64,000 nt of DNA. Source: Rhodobacterales bacterium (GTDB lineage Bacteria; Pseudomonadota; Alphaproteobacteria; Rhodobacterales; Rhodobacteraceae). A program made the translations under genes and the position numbers. Numbering within the stretch: position 1 is the stretch's first letter; each line of letters starts with the position of its first letter. This document shows, piece after piece, positions 54,156-63,872 of this stretch. The notes below the pieces were generated by a model. It worked only from the letters and a program-made list of their open reading frames with translations, did no database searches and was not told the origin of the DNA. The stretch covers positions 7,341-71,340 of the forward strand of contig JBBSVE010000001.1 in assembly GCA_038233815.1 (NCBI GenBank), written 5' to 3'.

Positions 54156-55583
54156 TCAGACCTCCTCAGCCGCATCCTCCTCCTCCATGTCCTCACCGAT
54201 CCGGGCCATCCGCGCGCCGGACTTCGAGGACGTGACGACGCCCAGCGATTTCAGCTTGCGGTGAAGCGCGGAGCGTTCCATCCCGACGAAGTTCGCCGTG
54301 CGGCTGATGTTGCCGCCGAAGCGGTTGATCTGGGTCAGCAGATACTCCTTTTCGAAAAGCTCGCGCGCCTCCCGGAGCGGCAGCGTGGCCAGCGCGCCGC
54401 CGAGGACAAGACGCCCGTCGGCGTCGCCCGGCATCTCCTGCCCCGGCAGTTCGCGCGCCTCCACCGGGCCGGACCCGTCGCCCAGGATCAGCACGCGCTC
54501 GATGACGTTGCGCAACTGGCGCACGTTGCCCGGCCATTCCATCGTCTGGAGCAGGGCCTCGGCCTCCGGCGTCATCATGCGGAGCGGCAGGCCCTGGACC
54601 TTGTGGAAGCCCTCGATGAACCAGGCGGTCAGCTCCGGTATGTCCTCCCGCCGGTCCTCGAGGCTCGGCACCGGGATCGGCACGACGTTGAGCCGGTCGT
54701 AAAGCTCTTGGCGGAACCGCCCCGCCTCGATCTCGCGCCGCAAATCACGGGAGGTGGAGGAGATCACGCGCAGATCGACGCGCACCTTGTCCACGCCACC
54801 GACGCGGGTGAAATGCTGTTCGGTCAGCACGCGCAGGATCTTGCCCTGGGTGCCGAGCGGCATGTCCGCCACCTCGTCGAAATAGACGACGCCGCTGTGC
54901 GCCTGTTCCAGCAGGCCCTTTTCCACCCCGCGACCGGGCGTCTCTCGGCCGAACAGCACCTCCTCCATCCGCTCGGGCTCGATCGAGGCGGAGGTGACGG
55001 TGACGAAGGGTGCGGCCGCGCGGGCGGAATGGCCGTGGATGAAGCGCGCGGCCAGCTCCTTGCCGGACCCCGCAGGCCCTGACAGCATCACCCGCCCGTT
55101 CGATTTCGTGACCTTGTCGAGGTTGGCCTTGAGACCCTTGAACGCCGGCGACGACCCCAGCATGTCGGAAGCGGTGACATCGCGGCGGCGCAGGTCGGAG
55201 TTTTCGCGCCTGAGCCGCGACGTCTCCATCGCGCGGGACACGACGACCATCAGCTGATCGATGTTGAAGGGTTTCTCGATAAAATCGTAGGCCCCCTGCT
55301 TGATCGCCGCCACCGCGATCTCGATGTTGCCGTGGCCCGAGATGATGACCACCGGCACATCCGGGTTGTCGCGCTTCACGGTTTTAAGGATGTCGATCCC
55401 GTCCATCCGGCTATCCTTCAGCCAGATGTCGAGGATCATCAGCGCGGGCTGCTCGGCCCCGATCTGTGCCATGCAGTCGTCGGAATTGCCCGCGAGACGG
55501 ACGGCGTAGCCCTCGTCCTTCAGGATGTCGCCGATCAGTTCGCGGATGTCGCGCTCGTCGTCTACGATCAGGATGCTGCTCAT
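54156..55583 (-). CDS. ntrX: two-component response regulator NtrX (REC + AAA+ + HTH, no GAFTGA)
   Basis: MSSILIVDDERDIRELIGDILKDEGY receiver domain, Walker A GPAGSGKE, C-terminal Fis-type HTH. The start overlaps the ntrY stop. Confidence 0.9.
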   Translation of the reverse strand: MSSILIVDDERDIRELIGDILKDEGYAVRLAGNSDDCMAQIGAEQPALMILDIWLKDSRMDGIDILKTVKRDNPDVPVVIISGHGNIEIAVAAIKQGAYDFIEKPFNIDQLMVVVSRAMETSRLRRENSDLRRRDVTASDMLGSSPAFKGLKANLDKVTKSNGRVMLSGPAGSGKELAARFIHGHSARAAAPFVTVTSASIEPERMEEVLFGRETPGRGVEKGLLEQAHSGVVYFDEVADMPLGTQGKILRVLTEQHFTRVGGVDKVRVDLRVISSTSRDLRREIEAGRFRQELYDRLNVVPIPVPSLEDRREDIPELTAWFIEGFHKVQGLPLRMMTPEAEALLQTMEWPGNVRQLRNVIERVLILGDGSGPVEARELPGQEMPGDADGRLVLGGALATLPLREARELFEKEYLLTQINRFGGNISRTANFVGMERSALHRKLKSLGVVTSSKSGARMARIGEDMEEEDAAEEV

Positions 55584-57853
55584 GTTTCCTCCATCGCGGT
55601 CTGTGCCGCCTGTCTGGTCCGTCTGCCGCTTGCGCGTTGCGCGTGCGGCAGCGTGATTTCCGCCATCGCGCCCGCATGGTCGTTGCCCTCGAAAATCTCC
55701 GCGTCGATCAGCGCCAGCGTGCCGCCATGCTCCTCGATGATCTTCTTGACGATGGGGAGGCCGAGGCCGGTCCCCTTCTCCCGCGTGGTGACATAGGGCT
55801 CAAAAAGCCGCGCGCGGTTCGGCGGCAGGCCCACGCCGTTGTCCGCGATGCGGATTATTGCACGGTCCTTTCCGGGGTCGAGAGAGATGCGGACCTCCGG
55901 CACATAGCCCTCCGGCGCGCCCTTTTCCCGCAGCGTCTCCGTCGCCTCGCCCGCGTTCTTGATGAGGTTCGTGAGCGCCTGCGAGATCATCGTGGCATCC
56001 AGATCGAGCCGGCACTCCCCCCCCGGCAGGTCGGCCACGATCCGCACGTCGGGCTGGCCCGCCTCCTGCAAGGTCACGGCGTCGCGCATGATCTTGGTCA
56101 GATCCTCCTCGCGCCGATCCGGTTCGGGCATTCGCGCGAACTTGGAGAATTCGTCGACGATCCGGCGCAGGTCGTTGGTCTGGCGGATGATGACGTCGGT
56201 ATATTGATCGAGGTCTGCGGCGAGATCGCCCAGCGGCACGCGGAACTTGCGCCGGATCCGTTCGGCGGAAAGCTGGATCGGGGTCAGCGGGTTCTTGATC
56301 TCGTGCGCGATGCGGCGTGCGACGTCGCCCCACGCGGCAGACCGCTGCGCGGAGACGAGGTCGGTCACGTCGTCGAAGGCCACCACATAGCCCTCGAGCT
56401 GCCCCGTCTCCGACCGCCGACCCGACATCCGCACCAGCAGGCTTTCCATGTGGCCCTTGCGGGTCAGACGGATCTCCTCCTGCACCGAAACGCCCAGACC
56501 GTCGCGCAACTTGCGGAACAGGGACGCAAATTCCGGCACAAGGATGCCCAGATCATGGCCATCGGGCGGTCCCTCCACGTCGAGGATGCGTTCCGCCGCG
56601 CGGTTGACAAAATCGACGCGGCCATCGGCATCAAGCCCGATCACCCCCGCCGTGACCGAGGACAGGACGGAATCGAACAGCCGCCGCCGTCCCTCAGTCT
56701 CGGCATTGCTGTCCACCAAAGCATCGCGCTGAACCTTCAGTTGCCGCGTCATCCGGTTGAAGAGCCGGCCCATCATCGCGATCTCGTCGTCGCCGTCCTC
56801 TTCCGGGATCTGAACGTCGAGATCGCCCGACCCGACCCGCTGCGCCGCCCCCGCTAGCTGTCCCACCGGGCGCGACAACCGCTCCGCGAACCACAGGCCG
56901 AGCCAGATCGCGGCAAGGATCAGGATCAGCGCGAACCCGAGGTAAAGCAGCCCGAATTCGAACAGGAGCCGCCCACGCTCGGACTCGAGCTGCTGGTAAA
57001 GTGCCACGGTCTGGCGCGTCTCGTCCAGCAGGCTCAGGATCGAGCCGTCGACCTTGCGGCTGACGTAAAGATAGCGGTCGACATAGGCGTTGAGGAACAC
57101 CAGTGCGCGCAGCTCGTCGTTGGGCCAGTCCTCGATCATCACGACCTTGCCCGACTTCGCGCGCGCGATCTCCGCCGCCGTTGGCTTCTCGAAGTCGAAA
57201 AGATAGGACCGCTCGCCCCGGGTCTTGATGTTGCCCGCACCGTCGATGAGGTAGGCCTCGCGCAGACCGCGCTGGATCAGCGCCTGCCCCTGCGTGAGGA
57301 TCGGGCGCAACTGGTCGTCGGCCAGCAGGAACGTCGACTGCTTGGCGGCGTCGAGATAGGCCGCGAGGCTCTCGGTATCCTCGGTCAGGTCGCGCCGGTG
57401 TTCGCCGTCGTAGGCCTGCGCCGCCGCCAGCGAATTGCCCACCACATTGCGCACCCGGTCGGAAAACCACCCCTCCAACCCCACGTTGAAGGTGAGCACC
57501 GCGAACACCGCGACCAGCACCGTGGGGATCAGCGCCAGCAGCGCGAACACGCCCGAGAGCCGCATGTGCAGGCGCGACCCCGCCGATTGCGACCGCCGGT
57601 CCGACACCATCCGCGCGACGCGCGCGAGCACCAGCGAGGCCACCACCAGCACATAGACGATGTCGGCCAGCACGATGATGCGAAGCGAGGCGGAACTCGC
57701 CCTTTGGTTGAATGTGCCAAGCGCCAGAAATGTCACGAACGCGAGCACCGGTCCCAGCGTGACCAGCGCAAGCGTGGAGATGGTCTGCACCCGCCGCTGA
57801 CGGCGCAACCGCGAGAAACGCGTCCATGTGGTGCTGCTTATAACGCCCGCCAC
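55580..57853 (-). CDS. ntrY: sensor histidine kinase NtrY
   Basis: 757 aa. N-terminal TM segments, HAMP and PAS domains, H-box HEIKNPLTPIQLSAERI, and HATPase motifs (DNGVGLP, GTGLGLPIVKKIIEEHGG). Confidence 0.9.
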   Translation of the reverse strand: MAGVISSTTWTRFSRLRRQRRVQTISTLALVTLGPVLAFVTFLALGTFNQRASSASLRIIVLADIVYVLVVASLVLARVARMVSDRRSQSAGSRLHMRLSGVFALLALIPTVLVAVFAVLTFNVGLEGWFSDRVRNVVGNSLAAAQAYDGEHRRDLTEDTESLAAYLDAAKQSTFLLADDQLRPILTQGQALIQRGLREAYLIDGAGNIKTRGERSYLFDFEKPTAAEIARAKSGKVVMIEDWPNDELRALVFLNAYVDRYLYVSRKVDGSILSLLDETRQTVALYQQLESERGRLLFEFGLLYLGFALILILAAIWLGLWFAERLSRPVGQLAGAAQRVGSGDLDVQIPEEDGDDEIAMMGRLFNRMTRQLKVQRDALVDSNAETEGRRRLFDSVLSSVTAGVIGLDADGRVDFVNRAAERILDVEGPPDGHDLGILVPEFASLFRKLRDGLGVSVQEEIRLTRKGHMESLLVRMSGRRSETGQLEGYVVAFDDVTDLVSAQRSAAWGDVARRIAHEIKNPLTPIQLSAERIRRKFRVPLGDLAADLDQYTDVIIRQTNDLRRIVDEFSKFARMPEPDRREEDLTKIMRDAVTLQEAGQPDVRIVADLPGGECRLDLDATMISQALTNLIKNAGEATETLREKGAPEGYVPEVRISLDPGKDRAIIRIADNGVGLPPNRARLFEPYVTTREKGTGLGLPIVKKIIEEHGGTLALIDAEIFEGNDHAGAMAEITLPHAQRASGRRTRQAAQTAMEET

Positions 57854-57947
57854 GGTCTCGTTCCCGCATTGGGGGGCGTCGTTGCCGCTGCCCCCGGATC
57901 TGGCGCGCCGCCGCCATGGGCGAAAGAGACACGCGTCTGTGGCGGTT

Positions 57948-59309
57948 TTACATCAGTTTGCGGCGGCGTGTCACGCGAATATCGAGGTCGGTGATTTTCT
58001 TGCGCAACGTATTGCGGTTGATCCCAAGGAGGTCGGCACAGCGCGCCTGATTGCCCGCCGTCGCGTCCAGCGCGATCTCGATCATCGGGGCCTCCACCTC
58101 GCGCAGGATGCGGGCGTAAACGCCGGGAGGCGGCAGCGTGCCGCCATGCAGGTCGAAATAGCGTTGCAGATGCCGCGCCACCGAGGCGGAGAGCTTCTCC
58201 CCCTCCCCCCCGCCGCGCAGGGGCTCCATTGCAGGCTGGCTGCCCAGAACCGCCTCGACCTCGGCGCGCGCAATCTCCGGCTCGGCGGAGGTGACGACGA
58301 GGCGGCGCAGGGTGTTTTCCAGCTGCCGCACGTTTCCGGGCCAGGAATAGGCGCGCACCAGATCCCGCGCGCCGGAGGAGAACCGCCGTGCCGTTCCCGT
58401 ATCCCGCTCCCCGCGGGCGAGGAAATGGTCCGCCAGAAGGGCCACGTCGTCCACCCGTTCGCGCAGTGACGGCACATGGAGAGACACGCCGCTGAGCCGG
58501 TAGAAGAGGTCGTGGCGAAAGCGCCCCGCCTCGATCCGCGCGCCGAGGTCGGACTGGCTGGTGGCCAGCACGCGGGGCGCCGTGTCGCCAAAGCCGTCGA
58601 GCATCCGCACGATCCGCGCCTGTGCGTCGGCATCATGGTCGCCCACCTCGTCAAAGACGAGACTGCCGCCCTTCGCACGCGCCAGCAATTGCTCCGGCGA
58701 GGAGAGGTCGGCGGCACGCGCCACGACGAAGGGCTGGCCGCGCCGGTCCGAAAAGTCGTGGATGGCGCGGGCGATCAGCGACTTCCCGGTGCCGGATTCG
58801 CCCGTCACCAAGACCGCAAGGTCGGTGTTCATCACCCGCGCGATCAGCAGATAGAGCGCCTGCATCGCGGGCGTCCGTCCGACCAGCGGCAAGTCCGCAC
58901 CCGCTTCCGCCAGCGGGGCGGATGGCCGACCGGCCGGCGCGCGCCGCTTCGCCTCCAGCGCGCGGGCGGAGCGTTTCATCAGATCGGGCAGATCGAACGG
59001 TTTGGGGAGGTAGTCGTAGGCCGCAGCCTCCGCCGCCTTGATCGCGGTCACGATGGTGTTCTGCGCCGAAATCACGATGACCGGCAGACCGGGGCGCAGC
59101 TTCGCGATCTCCGGCAGCGCCTCGATCCCGTTTCCGTCGGGCATCATCACGTCGGAGATCACCAGATCGCCCTTGCCCTCCTCCACCCAGCGCATCAGCG
59201 TGACCATGCTTGAGGTCGCATGGACCTTGCAGCCCGCCCGCGTCAGCGCCTGCGTGAGCACCGTGCGGATAGTGCGGTCGTCGTCGGCAACCAGAACCGT
59301 GCCATCCAT
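57948..59309 (-). CDS. ntrC: nitrogen regulation response regulator NtrC (GAFTGA-less type)
   Basis: [22 protein letters not shown] receiver domain, Walker [10 protein letters not shown]-terminal HTH ([20 protein letters not shown]). Start at 59309. The track ORF is over-extended to 59615. Confidence 0.9.
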   Translation of the reverse strand: MDGTVLVADDDRTIRTVLTQALTRAGCKVHATSSMVTLMRWVEEGKGDLVISDVMMPDGNGIEALPEIAKLRPGLPVIVISAQNTIVTAIKAAEAAAYDYLPKPFDLPDLMKRSARALEAKRRAPAGRPSAPLAEAGADLPLVGRTPAMQALYLLIARVMNTDLAVLVTGESGTGKSLIARAIHDFSDRRGQPFVVARAADLSSPEQLLARAKGGSLVFDEVGDHDADAQARIVRMLDGFGDTAPRVLATSQSDLGARIEAGRFRHDLFYRLSGVSLHVPSLRERVDDVALLADHFLARGERDTGTARRFSSGARDLVRAYSWPGNVRQLENTLRRLVVTSAEPEIARAEVEAVLGSQPAMEPLRGGGEGEKLSASVARHLQRYFDLHGGTLPPPGVYARILREVEAPMIEIALDATAGNQARCADLLGINRNTLRKKITDLDIRVTRRRKLM

Positions 59310-59337
59310 CCGTCGTCTCCGATATTGTGCCGGGGCG

Positions 59338-60429
59338 TCACGCGCGACCGTCCTGCGGGGCGCGTGGCAGGGAAATGCGAAAGACCGTGCGTCCCGGCAC
59401 GGATTCGACGGCGATCCAGCCCTCGTGATCCGAGACGATGCGCGAGGTGAGGGCGAGGCCGAGCCCGGTGCCGTTCTCGCGGCCAGAGACGAACGGCTCG
59501 AAGATATTGGCGGCGAGGTCGGGCGGGATGCCGGGGCCGTCGTCCACCACCTCCTCCTGCAGGGCGAGCGGATTGCCGGACCCGTCCGTCCGCCGGAGCC
59601 GCAACGACAGGTCATAGTAGGTCCGCAGCCGGATCGTTCCGCCCTCCGGACCGGCGGCCTCGGTGGCGTTGCGGATCAGGTTCAGGAACACCTGCATCAG
59701 CTGGTCCGGGTCCGCGAACGTGGGGGGCAGCGAGGGGTCGTAATCCTCCTCGATCCGCATCCTTGCGGCAAACCCCAGAAGCGCGGAGCGTCGCGCGCGG
59801 TCGAGCGCGTCGTGGATGTTCACCGACCGGCGCTCGGGCGGGCGCAGGTTGCCGAACTGCTCCACCTGATCCAGCAGGGTGACGATGCGGCGGGTCTCCT
59901 CCACGATCAGATCGGACAGCGCGCGATCCTCCGGCGTGAGGGTCATCGCCAGAAGCTGCGCCGCACCCGAGATCCCGGCCAGCGGGTTCTTGATCTCGTG
60001 CGCGAGCATCTCCGCCATGCCGATCGCCGATCGTGAGGAGCCTTTGACGGCACTCGCCCGGCCGAGCCGTCCCGCAATCTCCCGCGGGGTGATCAGCAGC
60101 ATGATGACGCTGGGATTGTCGTTCATCGGCGCGATCTGGATGGTGCAGCGGACCGGCGCACGTTCCCCCGTGGTCACGTCCACGTCGTTGATGAAGAGCG
60201 GCGAGCGGTTGGCCCGCGCGCGCCGCAGCGCCTCCTCCATGGGCGCGTCGATATGAAGGCGGTCGAACGCGGGCTGGCCCGAGAGGCTCCGGTGCGAAGC
60301 GTTGAGGAAGAGTTCCGCCGCCGGATTTACCTCCGTGATCGTATCGGCGGCGTCGATCAGGAGGGCGGGCACGGGAAGCGAGGCCCAGATCGCGCCCGGC
60401 ACCGGATAGGGGGGGCGAAAGCCGTTCAC
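59338..60429 (-). CDS. ntrB: nitrogen regulation sensor histidine kinase NtrB
   Basis: PAS domain, H-box [17 protein letters not shown], and HATPase motifs ([20 protein letters not shown]). GTG at 60429 overlaps the dusB stop (GTGA). The 591-aa track ORF runs into dusB in another frame. Confidence 0.85.
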   Translation of the reverse strand: MNGFRPPYPVPGAIWASLPVPALLIDAADTITEVNPAAELFLNASHRSLSGQPAFDRLHIDAPMEEALRRARANRSPLFINDVDVTTGERAPVRCTIQIAPMNDNPSVIMLLITPREIAGRLGRASAVKGSSRSAIGMAEMLAHEIKNPLAGISGAAQLLAMTLTPEDRALSDLIVEETRRIVTLLDQVEQFGNLRPPERRSVNIHDALDRARRSALLGFAARMRIEEDYDPSLPPTFADPDQLMQVFLNLIRNATEAAGPEGGTIRLRTYYDLSLRLRRTDGSGNPLALQEEVVDDGPGIPPDLAANIFEPFVSGRENGTGLGLALTSRIVSDHEGWIAVESVPGRTVFRISLPRAPQDGRA

Positions 60430-61445
60430 GCGACCGCTCGCGTCTCGACCGGCGCCTCGGTGAATGCCGTGCGGAGGGCGGCAATGACCACGGACGGATC
60501 GATCGCCGTGAGGATCGACGCGCGCGGGGTGCGGCACCCCGCCGCCTCCAGATACCAGCCCAGATGCTTGCGCGCGACGCGAACCCCGAGCGGGGTGCCG
60601 TAGAAGGAGAGCATCGCCTCGTAATGCCCGATCACCATGTCGGCCAGCGCGCCACCCTGCGGGATCACCGGCGCCGGGCGTCCGAACAGGGCCGCCGCGA
60701 TCTCCGCCAGACGCCACGGACGGCCCTGCGCGCCCCGTCCCACCATGACGCCGTCGGCTACTGACAGCGCCAGCGCGCGCCGGGCGGCGTTCGCGTCCGT
60801 CACGTCGCCGTTGGCCACCACCGGCACCCGGACCACTCGTTTCACCGCCGCGATCCCGGCCCAGTCCGCGTGGCCTTTGTAGAACTGGCACCGCGTCCGC
60901 CCATGCACCGTGATCATTCGCACGCCCGCAGCCTCCGCCCGGACGGCAATCGCGGCTGCGTTCAGCGACCCCTCGTCCCAGCCGAGCCGCATCTTCAGCG
61001 TCACCGGGACCGAGACCGCGCCCACCACCGCCTCGATCAGCCGCAGGGCGTGGTCCGGCTCGCGCATCAGGGCCGAGCCGGACCAGCCGTTCGTCACCTT
61101 CTTGGCCGGGCAACCCATGTTGATGTCGACGATCCGCGCACCCTGCCCTTCGACGTAACGCGCGGCCTCCGCCATCCAGTGCGCGTCCCGCCCCGCGATC
61201 TGGACGGAGGTGAGGGCTTGGCCATCGCCCAGCCCCAGATCCGCGCGTGCGCGCGCCTGGCGACCCGCCTGCACCACCTCTTGGCTCGCCACCATCTCGG
61301 ATACGGTGAGGCCAGCCCCGAACGAGGCCACGAGCCTGCGGAACGGAAGATCCGTGATCCCGGCCAGCGGAGCCAGAAGCACCGGGGGGTCGATGGAGAT
61401 GTCTGAAATCGTCAATGGCACGCGCACAATCCCGGAGTTCGCCAT
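60426..61445 (-). CDS. dusB: tRNA-dihydrouridine synthase B (NifR3)
   Basis: [27 protein letters not shown] and HGRTR motifs. Conserved dusB-ntrBC arrangement. Start taken at MANSGIV (61445). Confidence 0.9.
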   Translation of the reverse strand: MANSGIVRVPLTISDISIDPPVLLAPLAGITDLPFRRLVASFGAGLTVSEMVASQEVVQAGRQARARADLGLGDGQALTSVQIAGRDAHWMAEAARYVEGQGARIVDINMGCPAKKVTNGWSGSALMREPDHALRLIEAVVGAVSVPVTLKMRLGWDEGSLNAAAIAVRAEAAGVRMITVHGRTRCQFYKGHADWAGIAAVKRVVRVPVVANGDVTDANAARRALALSVADGVMVGRGAQGRPWRLAEIAAALFGRPAPVIPQGGALADMVIGHYEAMLSFYGTPLGVRVARKHLGWYLEAAGCRTPRASILTAIDPSVVIAALRTAFTEAPVETRAVA

Positions 61446-61609
61446 CGGGCCTAGTCCTGCCCGGGACGGATTACAAACGCCTGTCACGCAATATGGCATG
61501 GTTTTCGCGCAAACGCCCAAAGATCAGGCATTCCGCCGACCGTTTGCACGCGATTGTATTGCGCGCCCCCGCAGCCTACCAAGGCGGATCAATGCGCCGG
61601 AGCCCCCGA

Positions 61610-62770
61610 ATGACCGTCACCGCTATCATCGTTGCCGCCGGACGCGGACTGCGTGCGGGCGGCGAGGTGCCAAAGCAGTGGCAGGCGATCGGGGATCGGT
61701 CGGTCGTGGCCCACAGTCTCACGTGCTTTCGGACCCATCCCGGCGTGGACCGGACGCTCCTCGTGATCCATCCCGACGATGCCGGACGCGCGGACGGCCT
61801 CGGCTTTCGGGTGGAGACGGTCTTCGGGGGTGTGGACCGTGCCGCCTCGGTGCGCGCAGCGCTGGAGCATCTGGCAGGCGATCCGCCCGATCACGTGCTG
61901 ATCCATGACGGTGCGCGGCCCTTCGCGAGTGCGGGACTGATCGGCCGGATGATCGCGGCGCTTGCGACGTCCGATGCAGCGGCTCCGGCGCTGGCGGTGA
62001 CGGACGCGCTCTGGCACGGTGCGGAGGGGCGGGTGCGGGGGGTGCAGGACCGCGATGGTCTTTGGCGCGCGCAGACGCCGCAGGCGTTCCGCTTCGCGCC
62101 GATCCTCGCCGCGCACCGCGCCCATCCCGGCGGGGCGGCAGACGACGTGGCCGTCGCCCGCGCGGCAGGGCTTGACGTGGCCATCGTCGAGGGGGAGGAG
62201 GCGAACGTGAAGCTCACCCTGCCCGGAGACGTGGAGCGGGCGACACAGCGGATGGGACCGACCATGGACGTGCGCTGCGGGAACGGCTTCGATGTCCACG
62301 CCTTTGGCGACGGCCATCATGTCACGCTCTGCGGCGTGGACATCCCGCACGACCGGGCGCTGGAAGGTCACTCGGACGCCGATGTGGGCATGCACGCGCT
62401 GACCGATGCAATCTACGGCGCGCTCGCGCTGGGCGATATCGGGCAGCATTTCCCTCCCTCCGATCCGCAATGGAAAGGGGCCGCCAGTCGCATTTTCCTC
62501 GCCCATGCGGCGGCAGAGGCGCGCGCGCGCGGCTACACCCTGACCCACGCCGATGTGACGCTGATCTGCGAGCGTCCGAAGATCGGCCCGCACGCCCCCG
62601 CGATGCGCGCGGCATTGGCGGAGATCATGGGCATCGCGGTGGGCCGCATCTCGGTCAAGGCCACCACGTCGGAACGACTGGGCTTCACCGGGCGGGAGGA
62701 GGGGATCGCGGCCATGGCCACCGCGTCGCTGGTCGGACCGGGCGAGGCCGCGCCAGAGGCGGACCCGTGA
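61610..62770 (+). CDS. ispDF: bifunctional MEP cytidylyltransferase / MEcPP synthase
   Basis: IspD N-half ([19 protein letters not shown]) fused to an IspF C-half (GNGFDVHAF...[15 protein letters not shown]). Alternative ATG at 61592. Confidence 0.92.
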   Translation: MTVTAIIVAAGRGLRAGGEVPKQWQAIGDRSVVAHSLTCFRTHPGVDRTLLVIHPDDAGRADGLGFRVETVFGGVDRAASVRAALEHLAGDPPDHVLIHDGARPFASAGLIGRMIAALATSDAAAPALAVTDALWHGAEGRVRGVQDRDGLWRAQTPQAFRFAPILAAHRAHPGGAADDVAVARAAGLDVAIVEGEEANVKLTLPGDVERATQRMGPTMDVRCGNGFDVHAFGDGHHVTLCGVDIPHDRALEGHSDADVGMHALTDAIYGALALGDIGQHFPPSDPQWKGAASRIFLAHAAAEARARGYTLTHADVTLICERPKIGPHAPAMRAALAEIMGIAVGRISVKATTSERLGFTGREEGIAAMATASLVGPGEAAPEADP

Positions 62771-63315
62771 TGCCGCACCCCGTCCGACCAGGCAAACCGT
62801 CTTCGGCGGCCAGCCGCATAATCTCGATCTTCTTCGGGGTTGGTCATCTGCGCCCTGCCCCCGGCACCTGGGCCTCGGCCGCTGCGACGGCGCTGGGGGT
62901 GCTGTTCTACCGGCTCGGGCAGTTTCCGCTGCTCTTCGCCGCCACCGCCGTGGCGACCGTCGCGGGCTTCTGGGCCTGCGGGCGCGAATTGCGCGGGCGC
63001 CCCGGCGTCGATCCGTCCGAGATTGTGATCGACGAGGTGGCGGGTCAGTGGACCGCACTCCTGTTTCCCGCCTTCGGCTTCTGGGTCATGGTCCCCGATG
63101 CGACCGTGATCGCGCCTGCTGGGTGGATCACCGCCTTTCTCGCCTTTCGCCTCTTCGACATCTGGAAGCCGTGGATCATCGGCCGGGCGGACCGGCGGAC
63201 GGACCCCGCGGGGGTAATGCTCGATGACCTGCTCGCGGGCGTCTGCGCGGGTCTCGTGACGATCCTGCTGGCGGGGATCTTCCACATCGCGATCCTGCCC
63301 ATGGTGATCCGGTGA
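62770..63315 (+). CDS. pgpA: phosphatidylglycerophosphatase A
   Basis: FFGVGHLRPAPGTWAS...IDEVAGQW...FRLFDIWKPW...DDLLAG are PgpA motifs. The ATG overlaps the ispDF stop (TGATG). Confidence 0.88.
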   Translation: MPHPVRPGKPSSAASRIISIFFGVGHLRPAPGTWASAAATALGVLFYRLGQFPLLFAATAVATVAGFWACGRELRGRPGVDPSEIVIDEVAGQWTALLFPAFGFWVMVPDATVIAPAGWITAFLAFRLFDIWKPWIIGRADRRTDPAGVMLDDLLAGVCAGLVTILLAGIFHIAILPMVIR

Positions 63316-63779
63316 CGCCCGAGGCCATCCTCGCCGCCGCCCGCGCCCAAGGCCTTCGCATCGCGACGGCCGAAAGCTGCACAGGCGGGCTGGTGGCCGC
63401 GGCCCTTACCGCCATTCCCGGCTCGTCGGATGTCTTCGACCGGGGTTTCGTCACCTACTCCAACGCCGCGAAATCCGACATACTCGGCGTCCTTCCCAAT
63501 ACGCTGGAGGCCCATGGCGCCGTATCGGAGCCGGTCGCCCACGAGATGGCGGAGGGCGCGCTCGCCCGCTCGGACGCCGGTCTGGCCGTGTCCGTCACCG
63601 GCATCGCGGGGCCCGGCGGGTCCGACCACAAGCCCGAGGGCCGCGTCTGCTTTGGCCTCGCGGCGACGGGTCGCGCGACCGTGACTGAAACGCAGGATTT
63701 CGGCGCGCAGGGCCGGGCCGAGGTCCGCAGGCTCTCCGCCGACCGGGCGCTGACGCTTCTGGCGGCGGCACTGGCCTGA
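63312..63779 (+). CDS. CinA-family (PncC-type nicotinamide-nucleotide amidohydrolase domain) protein
   Basis: IATAESCTGGLVAAALTAIPGSSDVFDRGFVTYSN...SVTGIAGPGG are CinA C-terminal domain signatures. Confidence 0.88.
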   Translation: MTPEAILAAARAQGLRIATAESCTGGLVAAALTAIPGSSDVFDRGFVTYSNAAKSDILGVLPNTLEAHGAVSEPVAHEMAEGALARSDAGLAVSVTGIAGPGGSDHKPEGRVCFGLAATGRATVTETQDFGAQGRAEVRRLSADRALTLLAAALA

Positions 63780-63872
63780 CCCGTCCCGCGCATCCTCCGC
63801 TATAAGCGCCGGCAGGCCGGGCCGGGGGGGCTCGATGCCCGCCCGGAACGGCAGCCCCCCACAGCCCTGCGG

